Assembly (NCBI RefSeq): GCF_000315625.1
Contig: NW_005434656.1
Span: forward strand, 758,645 to 822,644
Source of the DNA: Guillardia theta CCMP2712
Lineage: Eukaryota; Protista; Cryptophyta
Length of the DNA stretch: 64,000 bases
Direction: 5' to 3'
The position numbers and the translations under genes were made by a program. The stretch's first letter is position 1. Each line of letters opens with the position of its first letter. The notes beneath the pieces are model-generated. The model made no database searches. It worked only from the letters and a program-made list of their open reading frames with translations, and had not been told where the DNA came from. Below, piece by piece: positions 61,965-64,000 of this stretch.

Positions 61965-63568
61965 CCTCTTATCCATCCCGATGAGGAAGAACCGTTGTCG
62001 ATCGCTCGAGGATCCCAGGATGGCACCCCTGACATCTTCATGACCATTAGGGCAGTCTCTATGATGACAAGAAGGAACACTCTCACAAGGAGGGAAGAGC
62101 GAGAAAATTTCCTCTGCAGAGTTTGTTCGGTCGATGCCTACCAAGTCTTTGCCCTGTAGCAGCTACAAGGGATAAGGTAGAATCGCAGAGATGATCTCGC
62201 TCTTACATCCCCAAGTTGACGAGACATGTTGCCAGTGATGGTTGATGGCGGTTGACAGTCTGCCGCAATCACGCTAAAAACAGTTGAAATTACAATAAGA
62301 ACACTTGTATGGTGAGATGGTATCGGCCATCCAACAACATCACGCGTAGATGAGATGAAAACATGGCAGTTACTGAAAAGTGTGGTTGAAAGACGAAAGC
62401 AAAACTGTGGTTAAGGGCATGTATACAGTCATACGACATCACAACAACACAACCGGAGAAACTTTGTTGTGTTTGCATTGTGTTCAGATGGGACAAAGTT
62501 ATTCAAAGCTTATCAACAGTACATGACAGTAGGCAATCAAAGGAATTCAATGATAGATTGTGAATTGTAACAGCAGAGAGTCTCGTACCCTTGTTCTGAC
62601 CAGACGACAACATGCGAGGCAAAGCTCACAGCCTGTTTGAAGGCAACAAGCTGCCATGTCAGCCTCTCACGTTCTTCGTCTTCGAGTTGCTCGGATGTGA
62701 AAGTTTGACGGGATCGGACAACTGCAATCCAACCTCACCAGTTAAAACAGAGGAAGAGAAGAGGAGAGGGGATGGAGATGGAGGAGAAGAAAAGAGAGAG
62801 TATCGAAGACGGAGGAAGATATAGGAGAGCAGGGGAGGAGAGAGCAAGGAAGGGAGAAGGGCGAAGGGCGAGAAGGGGAAAGGGGATGGGAAACGAAGGA
62901 AGAGAGGGAGGTACCTGTCCTTGACGACTCATCGTCGCTGTCACCCCCCTCCTGCAGCGTCTTGCGCAGGGTGAGCAAGGGACAATGGTGGGGTCATTAC
63001 CTTGTCAAGCAGAGATTGGATGAGGATGAAGAGTGCGGTGAACACGACGACGGCCTCGGAGGTTTGCTGCCATGCCCTTGTCACTTTGACAGCCGACAGC
63101 ATGTCCGCCATGTCGAACCTGGTTGATGGTAGGCTGATACCCTGGTAGGAGCACTCGGTTGCTGCCAGCAGAGTAAGAGGAGGAGGAGGAGGAGGAGGAG
63201 GGAGGGGAGGGGGAGGGGGGGAGGGGAAGGAGAGACTTCCAAGGCGTCTCACATGGCAAGCAAGGAGAACGCCAGCACGCTCACTGCCAGCTTCAGCTTA
63301 TACCCCTCGAGCCCTGGCACATAGAACCCCCCTCCCTGCAGGCTCTGTCATCCAGGGAGGACCCCTTCTCCCTGCTCACCTTCTCAAGTGCCTTCGATGG
63401 TCGCACGTAGAATCCCTTCCTCCCTCCCATGCGCGTCGCCTCCTCCTCTGCCGAGCCCTTCATCTTCAGGCAGAGCGCCGATGGCGCGGTCGGGTGATAT
63501 CGGGCGGCGGGGAAGGCGATGTTGGAGGAGGACAGGAGGCAAGGAGGAGGATGGAAGGCAGCGACCAT
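61965..63568 (-). CDS. CCB2: Cofactor assembly of complex C subunit B (CCB2/CCB4 family, CCB2-like), plastid; last exon not found
   Basis: AAF plastid motif; RKGFYVRPSKALEK/GGGFYVPGLEGYKLKLAVSVLAFSLLAI/NRVLLPG..Q/QTSEAVVVF; C-terminal FFLIGMDKR. Confidence 0.7.
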
Positions 63569-63705
63569 GGTGGTTCTAGCCTACAGGAACAGTCAGAAAG
63601 AAACGAAGGGGGGAGGGATGGAGGGGAGTCAAGGGAAGGGCAGATTCTGCTTCCTCTGTCTTAGCTGCTGTACTCCTCGTCCCTCGTTTTCTCTCTTCGA
63701 TCCCT

Positions 63706-63748
63706 CGCTCCTGTCGCTCCTGTCGCTCCTGTCGCTCCTGTCGCTCCT
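63706..63748. repeat. (TCGCTCCTG)n 9-mer tandem repeat
   Basis: Visible tandem array. Confidence 0.85.
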
Positions 63749-64000
63749 CCCGCCTCTCCCTCCCTCCCTTCCCTTCCAGTGGCCCGGACATTTCTCTCTA
63801 CTAGGGTTTCACGATCAAGTTTTACTCAATTAATCTACAGGCCTGGAGCCCAGGAGGGAGAAGATCGGACTCCGGGACTACTAGCAGCACCGTGACAGTA
63901 TGCTTGTGATGCCGCAGTGCCGCCCGCGGCCCGGCCCGGGCCGGGCCGCTATCCGGCCACCGGGTCCGGGAGAACCAATCGGATCCGACTGAGAGCATTC

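Noticed and set aside
63802-63809. TAGGGTTT telo-box/telomere-like octamer
   Set aside because: Single occurrence, expected by chance

Overview
Gene-dense, intron-rich eukaryotic nuclear DNA. It has many ~45-55 nt introns, microsatellite-filled larger introns, and one 100-N assembly gap. Several proteins carry bipartite plastid presequences, consistent with an alga with a secondary red plastid, most likely a cryptophyte such as Guillardia theta (inference). About 24 protein-coding loci were reconstructed by hand, so exon boundaries are approximate. Recognisable genes include PIG-L, lumenal FKBP17-1-like, MRT4, ERD2, a plastid ABC-F, NAA40-like, TBC1D31, GalT-like and CCB2. Other products include a large secreted FG-GAP/fibrinogen-like/discoidin protein, a double Zn2Cys6 transcription factor, F-box/LRR, double DUF1538, EDR2-C, a stand-alone voltage-sensor protein and a permuted papain-like protein. 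The most striking structure is a ~4.7 kb imperfect palindrome (13435-18142). It holds two head-to-head intronless GT4 glycosyltransferase genes whose presequences end in the exact ubiquitin C-terminus LRLRGG, with mirror-oriented GGTCAAA arrays in the spacer. Also seen are a dispersed ~30 bp intergenic repeat, two classes of low-complexity intergenic islands, two probable single-base frameshifts and a probable collapsed junction near 61940. No rRNA, tRNA, CRISPR array or transposase was recognised.
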